From NCBI GenBank assembly GCA_963422205.2, contig CAXMWX010000012.1:114800-178799 (forward strand): DNA of 64,000 bases, in the 5' to 3' direction. Positions within the stretch are counted from its first letter, which is position 1, and each line of letters starts with the position of its first letter. Shown here piece after piece: positions 54,167 to 63,820 of the stretch. The notes below the pieces were generated by a model. That model did not search any database. It was given only the letters and a program-made list of their open reading frames with translations, and had not been told where the DNA came from. The position numbers and the translations under genes are program-made. Source of the stretch: Gammaproteobacteria bacterium. GTDB lineage: Bacteria; Pseudomonadota; Gammaproteobacteria; Eutrophobiales; Eutrophobiaceae.

Positions 54167-54306
54167 AGGCTGGCCGCTCCTGTGCATCCTTAGCACCGCG
54201 GCATACGACCGCTAGGGAAGGCGGAGCAGCCATCGTTCCTGACGATGGCTTTGCATACACTCCATCCCTGGAGATAAATGTCGTGAATGCAGGAGCAAAT
54301 TCATGA
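54167..54306. repeat. Cluster of AGGA/TCCT-loop hairpins inserted before the capsid gene
   Basis: Five stem-loops; first unit recurs inverted at 58374-58406; bounded by ATGA on both sides. Confidence 0.65.
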
Positions 54307-56627
54307 CCGCACATCCTGTACATATCCCTGAGACTGGCATTGAGGGTGAGGTACGCTTAAAAGAAGCGGCCGCCGGGGATTATCAGGCCATCATGGACTT
54401 GGTACGGGCGGCAGTAACGGCAGCGCTCTACCCCGGAGAGGCCAACCGCTATATCGGCATGGAAGCGATTTATGCTGATCGGGTCATCATCAACAAGGGT
54501 GATGGGCGGTTGTGTTCTTATCCTTATACCCTCAATGAGGCTAATCAGGTAGAGCTGGGACAACCGGAAGAGGTGATTGTCGATCATCAGCCGGTGACTG
54601 GGCAGATGACGGAAGCGAGTGGGGCGTTCATTGAAGCGGTCAACGGCACGGATGATGCGGTGGGTTTGAACTACAACGTCCGTATCATCCGTGCCGGTGT
54701 CTCGGCCAACCGCAATTACTACACCGATGCGGTGCTGCGGGAAGCTGCGCCTTTGTTCAGTGGGGTGCGTGTGTTTGCCAAGAGTGATGATGAGCATATC
54801 AAGGGCGGTGGCAAGGACTTCAGCAAGTTAATCGGTCGTATCAGTGAGGCCAGGTTTATCCCTGGCGCCTCGGCCGATACCGGTGAAGTCCAGGGCCGGC
54901 TGGAGTTACTTAAATCCGCCTCCCCCATTCCTGAGAAAATCTATGAAGCCTATCAACGGGGGATGCACAACGATTTGTTTGGTTTTTCTATTGATGCCAG
55001 TGCCAGGATCAAGCGCCGTCAGGTGGCGGGTGTGCCAGTCAGAGAGGCGGTACATTTGGGCAAGGTCAACTCTCTGGACTTGATTATTGAGCCGAGTGCC
55101 GGTGGTGAGATTATTCAACTGATTGAAGCGGTTAATGAGGAGCATAACGACATGAAACTACGAGAGCGAATGGTTGAGGCAGTCAGGTCTGCCCACAACG
55201 GGGTGTTACCGACAGGCTTGGATACCGATGATGATGCGGCACTGGAGCGTGCGTTCCGGGAGGCAGCGGCCAGAGAAGGCCGGCAGGGTCATCCAGAGAC
55301 GTCACCCCCTGCTGGGGTGACTGAGCAGCAACTCAACGACACGGTGCGCATGGTGGAAGCACGGGCGGATATGCGGGTGGCCATAGCTGAGTCCGGCCTG
55401 CCGGCCAAGGCGAGGCAGCGCCTTATCGATGACTTTGCCCGGCGGGATGCCTTTACTGAGGCTGATGTGGTCGAGGCAATCAAGACCGAGAAGGAGTATA
55501 TCAGCACCTTAAGCAACGATGGCCATGTGACTGGCCTGGGTGAGGGATCGGTGATTGAGGCTGGCGAGGGTCAGCCGGAGAAGCTGGCTAAGATGTTTGA
55601 TGCGTTCTTTGATGCAAGCAATCGTGAGGTGGTCAGTATCAAGGAGTGCTATATCCACGTAACGGGCGATAAGCGTGTGACTGGACGGCTTCAGGACTGT
55701 GATCGTGCCAGGCTGCGTGAGGCCGCCGGCCCGATGCGTGAAGCCATTGACAGTGCCACCTTTGCGAATGTCTTAGGAGATTCCATCACCCGGCGCTTAA
55801 TCGGCGATTACCGGCAAACATCGCATTATGATGTCTGGCGTTATCTGGCTGGCACTCCCGTGCCATTGAATGACTTTCGCAGCAATGAGCGCACCCGCAT
55901 GGGTGGCTATGGCGACCTGCCCGCCGTGGCCCAGGGCGCAGGCTATCAGGCCTTAAGTTCGCCCACCGATGAGAAGGCCAGCTATGCGGTGACCAAGCGT
56001 GGGGGTACCGAAGAGGTGACCCTTGAGACCATCAAGAACGATGATGTCGGGATCATTATGCGCATCCCCATGAAGCTGTCCCGCGCAGCGAGGCGTACCT
56101 TGTCCAAGTTCGTGCTGGACTTTATCAAGGATAACCCGACCATCTATGACAGCAAGACCCTGTTCCATGCCAGCCGGGGTAACTTAGGGGATGCCGCTTT
56201 ATCAGCCGATACCCTGGCCGCCGCCAGGATTGCGGTGTTAAAGCAGACCGAGTTATCATCTGCCGATCGCATCGGTATCCCGCCAGTTAATCTGTGGGTG
56301 CCGTTTGACCAGGAAGAGACGGCCTTTAATCTGTTCCGCCGGCAGAACAACAACGACACCACCTTTGTGCAGTCCCTGCAGATGACTGTCCTGCCGGTAT
56401 GGTACTGGACAGATGCCAATGACTGGGCGGTGAGCGCCGATCCGAATGACATTCCCATCATGGAGTTGGGTTTTCTGGACGGCAATGAAGAGCCGGAGTT
56501 ATTCGTGCAGGATAATCCGACGGTGGGGTCACTGTTTTCTCACGATAAAATCACCTACAAAATCCGTCATATCTATGGTGGCAATGTGGTGGATTATCGT
56601 GGTGTATACAAGTCGGTAGTCGGATGA
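54303..56627 (+). CDS. Fused prohead protease/scaffold-major capsid protein
   Basis: IIRAGVSANRNYY, GFSI, SLDLIIEPSAGG (protease-like); C-terminal GFLDGNEEPE...YKIRHIYG....DYRGVYK (gpT-like capsid). Confidence 0.82.
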   Translation: MTAHPVHIPETGIEGEVRLKEAAAGDYQAIMDLVRAAVTAALYPGEANRYIGMEAIYADRVIINKGDGRLCSYPYTLNEANQVELGQPEEVIVDHQPVTGQMTEASGAFIEAVNGTDDAVGLNYNVRIIRAGVSANRNYYTDAVLREAAPLFSGVRVFAKSDDEHIKGGGKDFSKLIGRISEARFIPGASADTGEVQGRLELLKSASPIPEKIYEAYQRGMHNDLFGFSIDASARIKRRQVAGVPVREAVHLGKVNSLDLIIEPSAGGEIIQLIEAVNEEHNDMKLRERMVEAVRSAHNGVLPTGLDTDDDAALERAFREAAAREGRQGHPETSPPAGVTEQQLNDTVRMVEARADMRVAIAESGLPAKARQRLIDDFARRDAFTEADVVEAIKTEKEYISTLSNDGHVTGLGEGSVIEAGEGQPEKLAKMFDAFFDASNREVVSIKECYIHVTGDKRVTGRLQDCDRARLREAAGPMREAIDSATFANVLGDSITRRLIGDYRQTSHYDVWRYLAGTPVPLNDFRSNERTRMGGYGDLPAVAQGAGYQALSSPTDEKASYAVTKRGGTEEVTLETIKNDDVGIIMRIPMKLSRAARRTLSKFVLDFIKDNPTIYDSKTLFHASRGNLGDAALSADTLAAARIAVLKQTELSSADRIGIPPVNLWVPFDQEETAFNLFRRQNNNDTTFVQSLQMTVLPVWYWTDANDWAVSADPNDIPIMELGFLDGNEEPELFVQDNPTVGSLFSHDKITYKIRHIYGGNVVDYRGVYKSVVG

Positions 56628-56705
56628 CAGAAGGCAGAGGACAGATGATAGAGAATGCCACTCTGCGGCATCCTCATTCTCTGTCATCCGTATTCCGTCC
56701 TCTGT
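56625..56705. repeat. Inverted heptamer-array element, copy 2
   Basis: tgacaga/aggcaga/ggacaga/tgataga - core atgccactctgcggcat - tctgtca/tccgtat/tccgtcc/tctgt. Confidence 0.7.
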
Positions 56706-56724
56706 AATGGGCAGACTGTAGAGC

Positions 56725-57396
56725 ATGCCTTTAACAGACTATCAGACCCGTATTGCTGATCTGCTACGTGACAGCGAGGCCGAAGTCACTGACAGGCAGC
56801 GTGCTACTGCTCTGATTGATGCGGTGCGTGCGTATTCCAGGTACCGGCCTGATGTCAAGGTCGTGGATGTTGCGGGTGCGGGTTCTCGCCTCATTGCCTT
56901 GCCCGCAGGCTGGGATGCGGATTTCTCACACATTGAGTCGATGGAGTATCCCATCGGGCAGTTACCCCCCGCTATCTTGACCAGGCATGATATCTATGCC
57001 GCACCGGATGTCATTCAGATCATCCTGCCGGTGACTGTCATGGAGACTGAGCAGGTGCGGGTCACGTTTACCGTACCGCATCGTCTGGATACAGATAACG
57101 ACACCATCCCAGCGGCTGATATGGCGGCAGTGTGCTGTTATGCCGTGGCCGGGGTGCTGGAGCAACTGGCGGTGCGGTATGCAGGCGATCAGGATGCCAC
57201 CATTGCCGCTGACAGTGTTGATCATCAGGGCAAGGCCGATGTGTATCGCCGTCAGGCAGCATTGATGCGCAAGCGGTTCTATACCTTGTTAGGTGTTGAC
57301 CCTAGCCGGGTGCTGGCCGCCGGTCAGGTGGTTAATCTGGATATGTACAGCAGTCGTGGCCATGACCGCTTAACCCATTCCAACCGCTACAGATGA
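56725..57396 (+). CDS. Probable head-tail adaptor
   Basis: Position after the capsid gene; 223-aa ORF. Confidence 0.55.
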   Translation: MPLTDYQTRIADLLRDSEAEVTDRQRATALIDAVRAYSRYRPDVKVVDVAGAGSRLIALPAGWDADFSHIESMEYPIGQLPPAILTRHDIYAAPDVIQIILPVTVMETEQVRVTFTVPHRLDTDNDTIPAADMAAVCCYAVAGVLEQLAVRYAGDQDATIAADSVDHQGKADVYRRQAALMRKRFYTLLGVDPSRVLAAGQVVNLDMYSSRGHDRLTHSNRYR

Positions 57397-57397
57397 T

Positions 57398-57904
57398 ATG
57401 GCTGCTTTTAGGATTGCATTGGATATTCAAGGGGTGGCAGAGTTAGCCAGGCTGTGGGAAGCTGCGCCGGATATTACTCGTGAAGAGTTATCACGGACGA
57501 TGACAGAAGCGGGTTTATTGCTCAAGCGGGAAGTCAAGGAGCGCACCCCGGTAGCCACCGGGACCTTACGGAAAAGTATAACAAGCCGCCAGCGTGTCCT
57601 GGCTGGTAATGTCATTGGTGTGGTGGGCTCACCCCTGAACTATGCGGTATCGGTGGAGTTGGGTACCAGGCCGCACTTCCCGCCAGTTGCGCCGTTAAAG
57701 GACTGGGTGAAGCAGAAATTGGATTTACCCTCTAAGCAGGCGGGCGCCGTTGCCCATGCCATCGTTCGCACGATTGGGATGCGCGGCACTAAAGGCACAC
57801 ACATGTTTCGTGATGCCTTTGCCGCCAATCGTGAACAGATAGCGCGGTTATTTGAGGCGGCGCGTACCCGTATCGTTGCCCGCCTGGGAGAGGGCAGTGC
57901 CTGA
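57398..57904 (+). CDS. HK97 gp10-like neck protein
   Basis: TPVATGTLRKSI, YAVSVELGT.PH. Confidence 0.85.
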   Translation: MAAFRIALDIQGVAELARLWEAAPDITREELSRTMTEAGLLLKREVKERTPVATGTLRKSITSRQRVLAGNVIGVVGSPLNYAVSVELGTRPHFPPVAPLKDWVKQKLDLPSKQAGAVAHAIVRTIGMRGTKGTHMFRDAFAANREQIARLFEAARTRIVARLGEGSA

Positions 57905-58364
57905 AGCGGCTGATATCCGCACAGCGATCGTCTCGGTCATGGAGCGCATCCCCGGCATCGGCATGGTGCATAGTTATGAGCGTTATGCTGACAAGCAGTC
58001 GGATTTTAAGCAGTTCTACACATTGAGACGGGATGGTACGGATACTATCTGTGGCTGGTTTATCCGCCGTCTCTCACGTGCTGAGAGCAGTGACAGCTTG
58101 GGGCGTGTGGTGGTCGTGATGGGCTGGCGCATCCAGGGCTATATGGGTTTGGTGGACAGCCAGGAGAGCGAGCTTGCCTTTGATGGTTTGATTGATGCGC
58201 TGGTCGCTGCTTTTCGTGCCGATGAAACCCTGGGTGGTGTGGTGGACTCCACTATTGTCGGCAGCGATGCAGGCTTGCAGATTGAGGATACCGGCCCGGT
58301 GATGTTTGCCGGGGTGTTATGCCATGCGGTGCAGGGGCGGTTGATGAGTCGGCACTATGTATAG
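57897..58364 (+). CDS. Probable tail terminator/completion protein
   Basis: Position; FRADETLGG, PVMFAGVLCH. Confidence 0.6.
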   Translation: MPEAADIRTAIVSVMERIPGIGMVHSYERYADKQSDFKQFYTLRRDGTDTICGWFIRRLSRAESSDSLGRVVVVMGWRIQGYMGLVDSQESELAFDGLIDALVAAFRADETLGGVVDSTIVGSDAGLQIEDTGPVMFAGVLCHAVQGRLMSRHYV

Positions 58365-58427
58365 GATATACAGTATGCCGCGGGCGCATGGATGCACAGG
58401 AGCGGCTTTATTAGGGGAGAGAACATC

Positions 58428-58634
58428 ATGAATCAGGGCGGCAGCTACATCATAAAGAAGAACAGCCAGCAGATGACGTTGTTGGAACGCACGACAGATC
58501 ATCCTGAGGGCAGCCGGCCACGGGTTCAGAAGACAGAAGTCAGAGGACAGAAGACAGATAAAACAAAGTCTCTCGTGCTTCCTGCACACAGAACCAAACG
58601 CAAGATAAAACCTGAACAAACCACGAAGGAGTAA
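58428..58634 (+). CDS. Small phage protein containing an in-frame heptamer array
   Basis: GGAG RBS, MNQGGSY; cagaagacagaagtcagaggacagaagacaga at about 58527-58558. Confidence 0.5.
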   Translation: MNQGGSYIIKKNSQQMTLLERTTDHPEGSRPRVQKTEVRGQKTDKTKSLVLPAHRTKRKIKPEQTTKE

Positions 58635-58639
58635 GACAC

Positions 58640-59581
58640 ATGACCGCACCTTTGAAAGCACGCAAGAAAGTCATCCTGCTGAAGATTGAGCAGACCTATG
58701 GCACGGATGCTGCCCCGACCGCTGCCAGTGATGGTATGTTGGTGGCGAATGTGGAGTTCACCCCGTTTGAGTCCAATAACATCGAGCGCGAGGTGGTGCA
58801 GGCACACCTGGGCAGTCGTGGGCAGTTAGTGACCGACCCGCACGTCTCGCTTAGTTTTGATATTGAGTTGGCGGGCGCTGGCGGTGAGGCCGATGCGGTG
58901 CCGGCCTATGCGGCTGCCCTGCGCGCCAGTGCGCATCAACAGGTGGTGAACGAAGCGGTGAGCTGCCAGTTCAGGCCGGTAGACAGCAGCGAGGAATCGG
59001 CCACTATTCACTTTCACATGGATGGGCAGAAACATGCAATGGTGGGCTGCCGGGGCAGTTGTGAAATCCGTTTAAGCGCCAATAGCATCCCCTACTTCCA
59101 TTTTGAGTTCATGGGACTGTATGTGACCCCTGTGTCAGTGGCCGACCCGTCTCCGGCCCTGTCCAGTTTCCTGCTACCGCAAACAGTGAACAACCGCCAC
59201 ACGCCGACTTTCACCCTGCATGGCTTTGCCGGCAAACTCTTAGAGCTGACGCTGAACCAGGGCAATGCGGTGGAGTATTTTAATCTGCCGGGGGAGGAGT
59301 CAGTACAGATCACCGACCGGCAATCGGTTGGCAGCATCACGCTGGAGGCGCCGCCGTTAGCCACCCAGGATTTCTTTACCGCCGTCAAGGAAGAGCGCCG
59401 GGGCGCATTGCAGCTCATCCACGGGAGCGAGGCTGGTCATATTGTTCAGTTGGATGCCCCGGCGGTGCAACTGCTCAATCCCAACTATGGCGAGCAGAAC
59501 AGCCGTGTGACCTTGTCAATGGAGCTGAACTTTATCCCGTCCGATGCGGGCAGTGATGAGTGGCAGATAACGACCCGCTAA
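58640..59581 (+). CDS. Tail tube (major tail) protein
   Basis: KIEQTYGTD, ELAG.G, HG..AG.IV; precedes chaperone pair and tape measure. Confidence 0.8.
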   Translation: MTAPLKARKKVILLKIEQTYGTDAAPTAASDGMLVANVEFTPFESNNIEREVVQAHLGSRGQLVTDPHVSLSFDIELAGAGGEADAVPAYAAALRASAHQQVVNEAVSCQFRPVDSSEESATIHFHMDGQKHAMVGCRGSCEIRLSANSIPYFHFEFMGLYVTPVSVADPSPALSSFLLPQTVNNRHTPTFTLHGFAGKLLELTLNQGNAVEYFNLPGEESVQITDRQSVGSITLEAPPLATQDFFTAVKEERRGALQLIHGSEAGHIVQLDAPAVQLLNPNYGEQNSRVTLSMELNFIPSDAGSDEWQITTR

Positions 59582-59609
59582 CTTTACCTACGATCATAAG
59601 GAGCAGCCT

Positions 59610-59936
59610 ATGTTTATCTTACGAGACCCCAGTCAATCCTTACAATGGCCAGTGCAGGTATCCATCCCGCAGGATGGCGGTGGTATTCGCCGTTATCAGT
59701 TTACCGGCCATTTCAAAGTCCTGCTGCAAGCCGAGTTAGAACAGGTGGTGGAAGATGATGAGCGCTTTATTGCCGCCATGCTGGTGGGCTGGGGTGATGA
59801 TCTATGTGATGAGAACCAGGCGCCTATTCCCTATTCGGATGTTGTACGTGAGAAGCTGGCAGCGATCAGCTACATCAAGCACGCCATCATCACCGCTTAC
59901 TGGCAACTCTCTGCCGGGCGCACAGCAAAAAACTGA
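59610..59936 (+). CDS. Tail assembly chaperone (gpG-like)
   Basis: WPV...P.DGG, LVGW, ends AKN* on slippery A AAA AAC. Confidence 0.8.
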   Translation: MFILRDPSQSLQWPVQVSIPQDGGGIRRYQFTGHFKVLLQAELEQVVEDDERFIAAMLVGWGDDLCDENQAPIPYSDVVREKLAAISYIKHAIITAYWQLSAGRTAKN

Positions 59937-60337
59937 TTGAGGCCGGTTATCACTGGATGGACAGAGGGCTTGCCAGTGATGCCGGTCAGGATGAGGTGGC
60001 TGAGGATTTACGTCAATTCGGTGAGTTTGAGGCCGCCGTTGACTATGAGGCCGGGCAGGATGAGCAGTCCGATCAGTTTCTCATTGAGCCGGAGAACTGT
60101 GATGCAGTGCAGGCGTTTGTGTTGGTGTCATCTCAATTCCGTGATGGGGCATTTCGCTATGAGGGCGTGGCAGCGGGCCTGGCGATGGCTGGCATAAAAA
60201 AGACAAAGATAAAAAAATTGTTTCCCAAGCTGCGCCTGATGGAAGCCGGTGCGCGTGAGCGTCTGGCTAGCGATTACAGGGATGTAATCGGTAGAGCGAA
60301 GCAGGAAGCCAGAGCCGAGGCGCAGGATACGACATGA
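59927..60337 (+). CDS. Tail assembly chaperone extension (gpT-like, -1 frame)
   Basis: -1 frame open from the slip site: KLIEAGYHWMDRG...ENCDAV..F....SQFR. Confidence 0.75.
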   Translation, partial: KKLIEAGYHWMDRGLASDAGQDEVAEDLRQFGEFEAAVDYEAGQDEQSDQFLIEPENCDAVQAFVLVSSQFRDGAFRYEGVAAGLAMAGIKKTKIKKLFPKLRLMEAGARERLASDYRDVIGRAKQEARAEAQDTT

Positions 60338-63300
60338 GCGAGATGACCTTACAAGTTCGTCTGACTGCTGATGGGGCTGAACTCATCGGGGTAACGCAAA
60401 AGAGCAGTGCTGCGTTGGGCAAGCTGGCCGACAAACAAGTCGATGTCGGCAAGGGCGGCAGAAAGGCCAGTGCCGGGATGGACAAGTTTGCCCGCAGTGC
60501 CAGACGAGGGAATGAGGCCGTCTCATCCATGAAGCGCTCTCTGGTGGCCCTGGCCGCCTCGTATGTCAGCCTGCGAGGGGCAAAGGATTTAGTAGCCACC
60601 TACCGGGTGCAGGAACGGGCAGTACAAAAACTGGATGCCTCCATTGCGTCTATGGGACGCACAACCCAAGGCTTGTCCGCCAGGCTGCAAAGCCTGGCCT
60701 CACAGGTACAACATGAGGGTATCATCGGTGATGAGGCCTTAATTGAGGGACAATCGTTCCTGACCACCTACAGCAAGATCAGTGATGATCTCCTGCCCCG
60801 CTCTACCCGTGTGATGGCCGATCTTGCGGCCAAGATGAAGGGCGATGTGGTTGGTGCGGCCAATCTGGTGGGCAAGGCCTCTATGGGTATGACGGGTGAG
60901 CTGACACGGGTTGGTATTACCTTGTCTGAGACCGCCAAGCGCTCCAAAGACTTTGAACTCATCTTAACCGAGATTGAATCGCAGGTGAAAGGCACTAACC
61001 GGGCCCTGGCAGCGGGGGCCGGGAGGTATGATCAGTTAGGCAATCGCATCGGTGATGTCAAAGAGAGGATAGGTGAGTTAATCGCCACCAGCCCCGCACT
61101 GCAAAGTTATGCACGTGATTTTGTGTCCGGCATAGAGTGGATGGCCGATGGTGTAGTCAAGCTCTACAGTGCCTTCGGCTCGCCCGAGGAGAGAATGAAA
61201 AAGCTGACGCGGTTTTTCTCGGCGGGTCAGTTGACCGCACAGATCAATGAACTCAATACGGCCATTGCCGAGATTGAAAATGCCAATGCCACACAGCGCC
61301 AGGCACTGGATATGAAGTTGCAAAAACTACAGGATGAGCGGCTGTTGAAGATGGCAGCCCGGGCCAAGTTGCTACGGCAAGCCGCACAGACGACCAGTCA
61401 AGGTCAGCAGGCAGACCCGGCAGCCGCAGTTAATTCTGACACCCTGGATATCCTTGAGAAACAAAACGCCCAGCTTAAAGAGCAGCATGCGCTGTATGGC
61501 AAGACCAGTCATGCCGCCAGGACAGGGTATATGCTCAAGCAAATGGGCGCAGATGTCGCTAATTCTGCATTGGGCAAAGAGAACATGCAACTGTCCAGAA
61601 AGCTCGATGCGCTGGAGGCTGAAACCAAGGCTGAAGAGAAGAGTGCCAGGAAACGAAAAGAGCGTGAAGAGGAGCGCAAGCGGCTGGACAAGCAGAAAGC
61701 GCGGGAGCTGGATAATAACCTGGCGGCCTTGACTGATCGCCTTAGAACCGAGGCTGAGTTGCTGGAGCGGCAATATCAAAAGGATGTCGCCTTGCTGGTA
61801 GCGGCGGAGAAGGAGAAAAAACTCACACGCGCACAAGCGCATGAACATCGCCTGCGGCTGGAAGGGCGGCATCAGGATGCGCTGGCAGATATCCGCAAAC
61901 GTGCCGAGGCCGAGCAGCAAAAGCGTGAGAAGGAAGCTGCGATGCGCCGGGCCGGGTTGATGCTAGAGCCATTCAAAAACGCCATCAAGGGCATACAAAG
62001 TCAATTCACGTCCTTTTTCGAGAATGTCTTCCGGGGCGGTATCAATTCCTTTGGTGATTTAGCCAGGGCAGTGAAAAACATCTTTATCCGTCTGGCCGCA
62101 GAGATGGCCTCACTACTGGTTTTTAAGCCCGTGGTGGGTGGTGCCTTAAGCGCAGTTGGTGGCAATGCGCTGGCGAGTGCATTGGGTGTGGGCGGTGGTG
62201 GCGGGGGTGCCGGGTTCAGTCTGCCCTTGCCTGGTGCTTCCCGCTTCCTGTCGCCCGTCACCTCAGCGATTAACCGCTTCGGGGCGGGCCTGGGCTTTGC
62301 CTCACCCGTGGCTGCTGGCCTGCCGGCAGCAACGTCTGGCTTAACCGCCCTCGGCGCACAGACGGCCGGGGCGGGTCAATTCTTTGCTTCGGCCGCCGGG
62401 GGCAATGTGGCTGGTGTTGCTCCCGGCGCCTTCTCATCCGCCTCACTGTCCAGTGTCTTAGGGGCAGGTGGCTTGGGGTTTATCGGTGGGGGACTGACTG
62501 CTAGGCTGCTGGGACTGAACAGCAAAGGTGGCTCTATCGGTAAAGGTGGCTCTATCGGTGGGGGTATTGGGGCCGCCATCGGTACCGCCACCCCCTTAGG
62601 CCCGATAGGTGGTCTCATCGGTGGCGCGCTGGGTTCAATCGTCGGCGGGTTGTTCGGCAAAAAGAAATCCGATAAAGGACAGGGGATCACCTTAACCGCT
62701 GCCGGCATCAGCGAGTGGGGCTTGACCGGCAAGAAGTTTGATGGGCAGCTGCGCCAGGCAGTCGATGGCATCGGTGCCGAATTGCAACGGGCGTTGAAGT
62801 CGATTGAAGAGCAGGTTGGAGCAAGATTAACTGGCGGCCTGCAAGTCAAGCTCGGTCGCCGTGATGGGCATTATGTGCGTGGTAGCGATGGCCGGCAGCA
62901 ATACGTTGAAGGCGATACCAAAGCGATATTTAAGACGGCTTTATCGCAACTGGTGAAACAGGTGAATGGCGGTGATAAAAAACTGCTTAGCGTTTTGCGT
63001 GCCGAGTTTGCCAGGGCTAAGGACATCAACCATGCACTGACCGTCGTTGGACAAGCCAAGGCCGTGGCCGAGCAGATCAAGGGCTTAACGGCCACCAACG
63101 GCCCGCTGGTGGCCTTGAACAAACGCTTTGCTGAACTCAAAGCCAATGCCATGAAGTATGGCCTGAGCCTAACCCAAGTCAACCAAGCGTATATGGCTTC
63201 CATCAATCAACTGAAAAGTGAAACCCGCGCCGGATTACAGCAACTGGCCGGGCAGGCAAAGCAGTTGCTTAATATCGACAGCTTGAAACAGTTTCGCCAA

Positions 63301-63816
63301 TCCTTATCTTATGCCGATGCCGCTCCGCTCTCACCAGTTGAGCGGTTTAAGGCCGCCCGTGGCCTGCTGGACAACACGGCTGAGAAGGCACTGGCGGGGG
63401 ATATTGATGCCGGCAACCGCTTCCCCCAACTCGCCCAGCAAGTGCTGCAATTAGGCCGGACGACATTCGCCAGTGGCAGTCAGTACGGCGAGTTATTCAA
63501 GGATGTCAACACCACCTTAAATCAAGTCATCAACGCCAGAGAGACGACCCTGGCTGGCTTTACCGACAACCTCAACATCCAGTTCGACAACAGCACCAAT
63601 AAACAGATTGCTGTCTTAACCGAGATGCGTGATGCGCTCTTAGCGCAAGAGAGAAAAGCCGAGCAGCGTCTGGTTGAGATACGAGAGGAGATCAGGGCCG
63701 CCGAGGAAGAGCGCCGTCAGGCCGAAGCCGAAGCGGCCGCTGCCCGGGCAAGGCAAGAAGAACAAAGACAGAGTGCCGCCTACTGGCGCGGACGCTTTGC
63801 GCATGTGAGGTTCTGA
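60334..63816 (+). CDS. Tape measure protein
   Basis: 1160 aa, Ala-rich coiled coil, Gly-rich hydrophobic region; follows the chaperones. Confidence 0.9.
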   Translation: MSEMTLQVRLTADGAELIGVTQKSSAALGKLADKQVDVGKGGRKASAGMDKFARSARRGNEAVSSMKRSLVALAASYVSLRGAKDLVATYRVQERAVQKLDASIASMGRTTQGLSARLQSLASQVQHEGIIGDEALIEGQSFLTTYSKISDDLLPRSTRVMADLAAKMKGDVVGAANLVGKASMGMTGELTRVGITLSETAKRSKDFELILTEIESQVKGTNRALAAGAGRYDQLGNRIGDVKERIGELIATSPALQSYARDFVSGIEWMADGVVKLYSAFGSPEERMKKLTRFFSAGQLTAQINELNTAIAEIENANATQRQALDMKLQKLQDERLLKMAARAKLLRQAAQTTSQGQQADPAAAVNSDTLDILEKQNAQLKEQHALYGKTSHAARTGYMLKQMGADVANSALGKENMQLSRKLDALEAETKAEEKSARKRKEREEERKRLDKQKARELDNNLAALTDRLRTEAELLERQYQKDVALLVAAEKEKKLTRAQAHEHRLRLEGRHQDALADIRKRAEAEQQKREKEAAMRRAGLMLEPFKNAIKGIQSQFTSFFENVFRGGINSFGDLARAVKNIFIRLAAEMASLLVFKPVVGGALSAVGGNALASALGVGGGGGGAGFSLPLPGASRFLSPVTSAINRFGAGLGFASPVAAGLPAATSGLTALGAQTAGAGQFFASAAGGNVAGVAPGAFSSASLSSVLGAGGLGFIGGGLTARLLGLNSKGGSIGKGGSIGGGIGAAIGTATPLGPIGGLIGGALGSIVGGLFGKKKSDKGQGITLTAAGISEWGLTGKKFDGQLRQAVDGIGAELQRALKSIEEQVGARLTGGLQVKLGRRDGHYVRGSDGRQQYVEGDTKAIFKTALSQLVKQVNGGDKKLLSVLRAEFARAKDINHALTVVGQAKAVAEQIKGLTATNGPLVALNKRFAELKANAMKYGLSLTQVNQAYMASINQLKSETRAGLQQLAGQAKQLLNIDSLKQFRQSLSYADAAPLSPVERFKAARGLLDNTAEKALAGDIDAGNRFPQLAQQVLQLGRTTFASGSQYGELFKDVNTTLNQVINARETTLAGFTDNLNIQFDNSTNKQIAVLTEMRDALLAQERKAEQRLVEIREEIRAAEEERRQAEAEAAAARARQEEQRQSAAYWRGRFAHVRF

Positions 63817-63820
63817 GGCG

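Noticed and set aside
48529-58560. Diversity-generating retroelement suggested by heptamer arrays
   Set aside because: No reverse transcriptase, Avd gene or TR/VR pair seen in the window; tail-fibre region lies outside
57398-60337. Contractile tail or tailocin
   Set aside because: No sheath gene between neck and tube; full head and packaging genes are present
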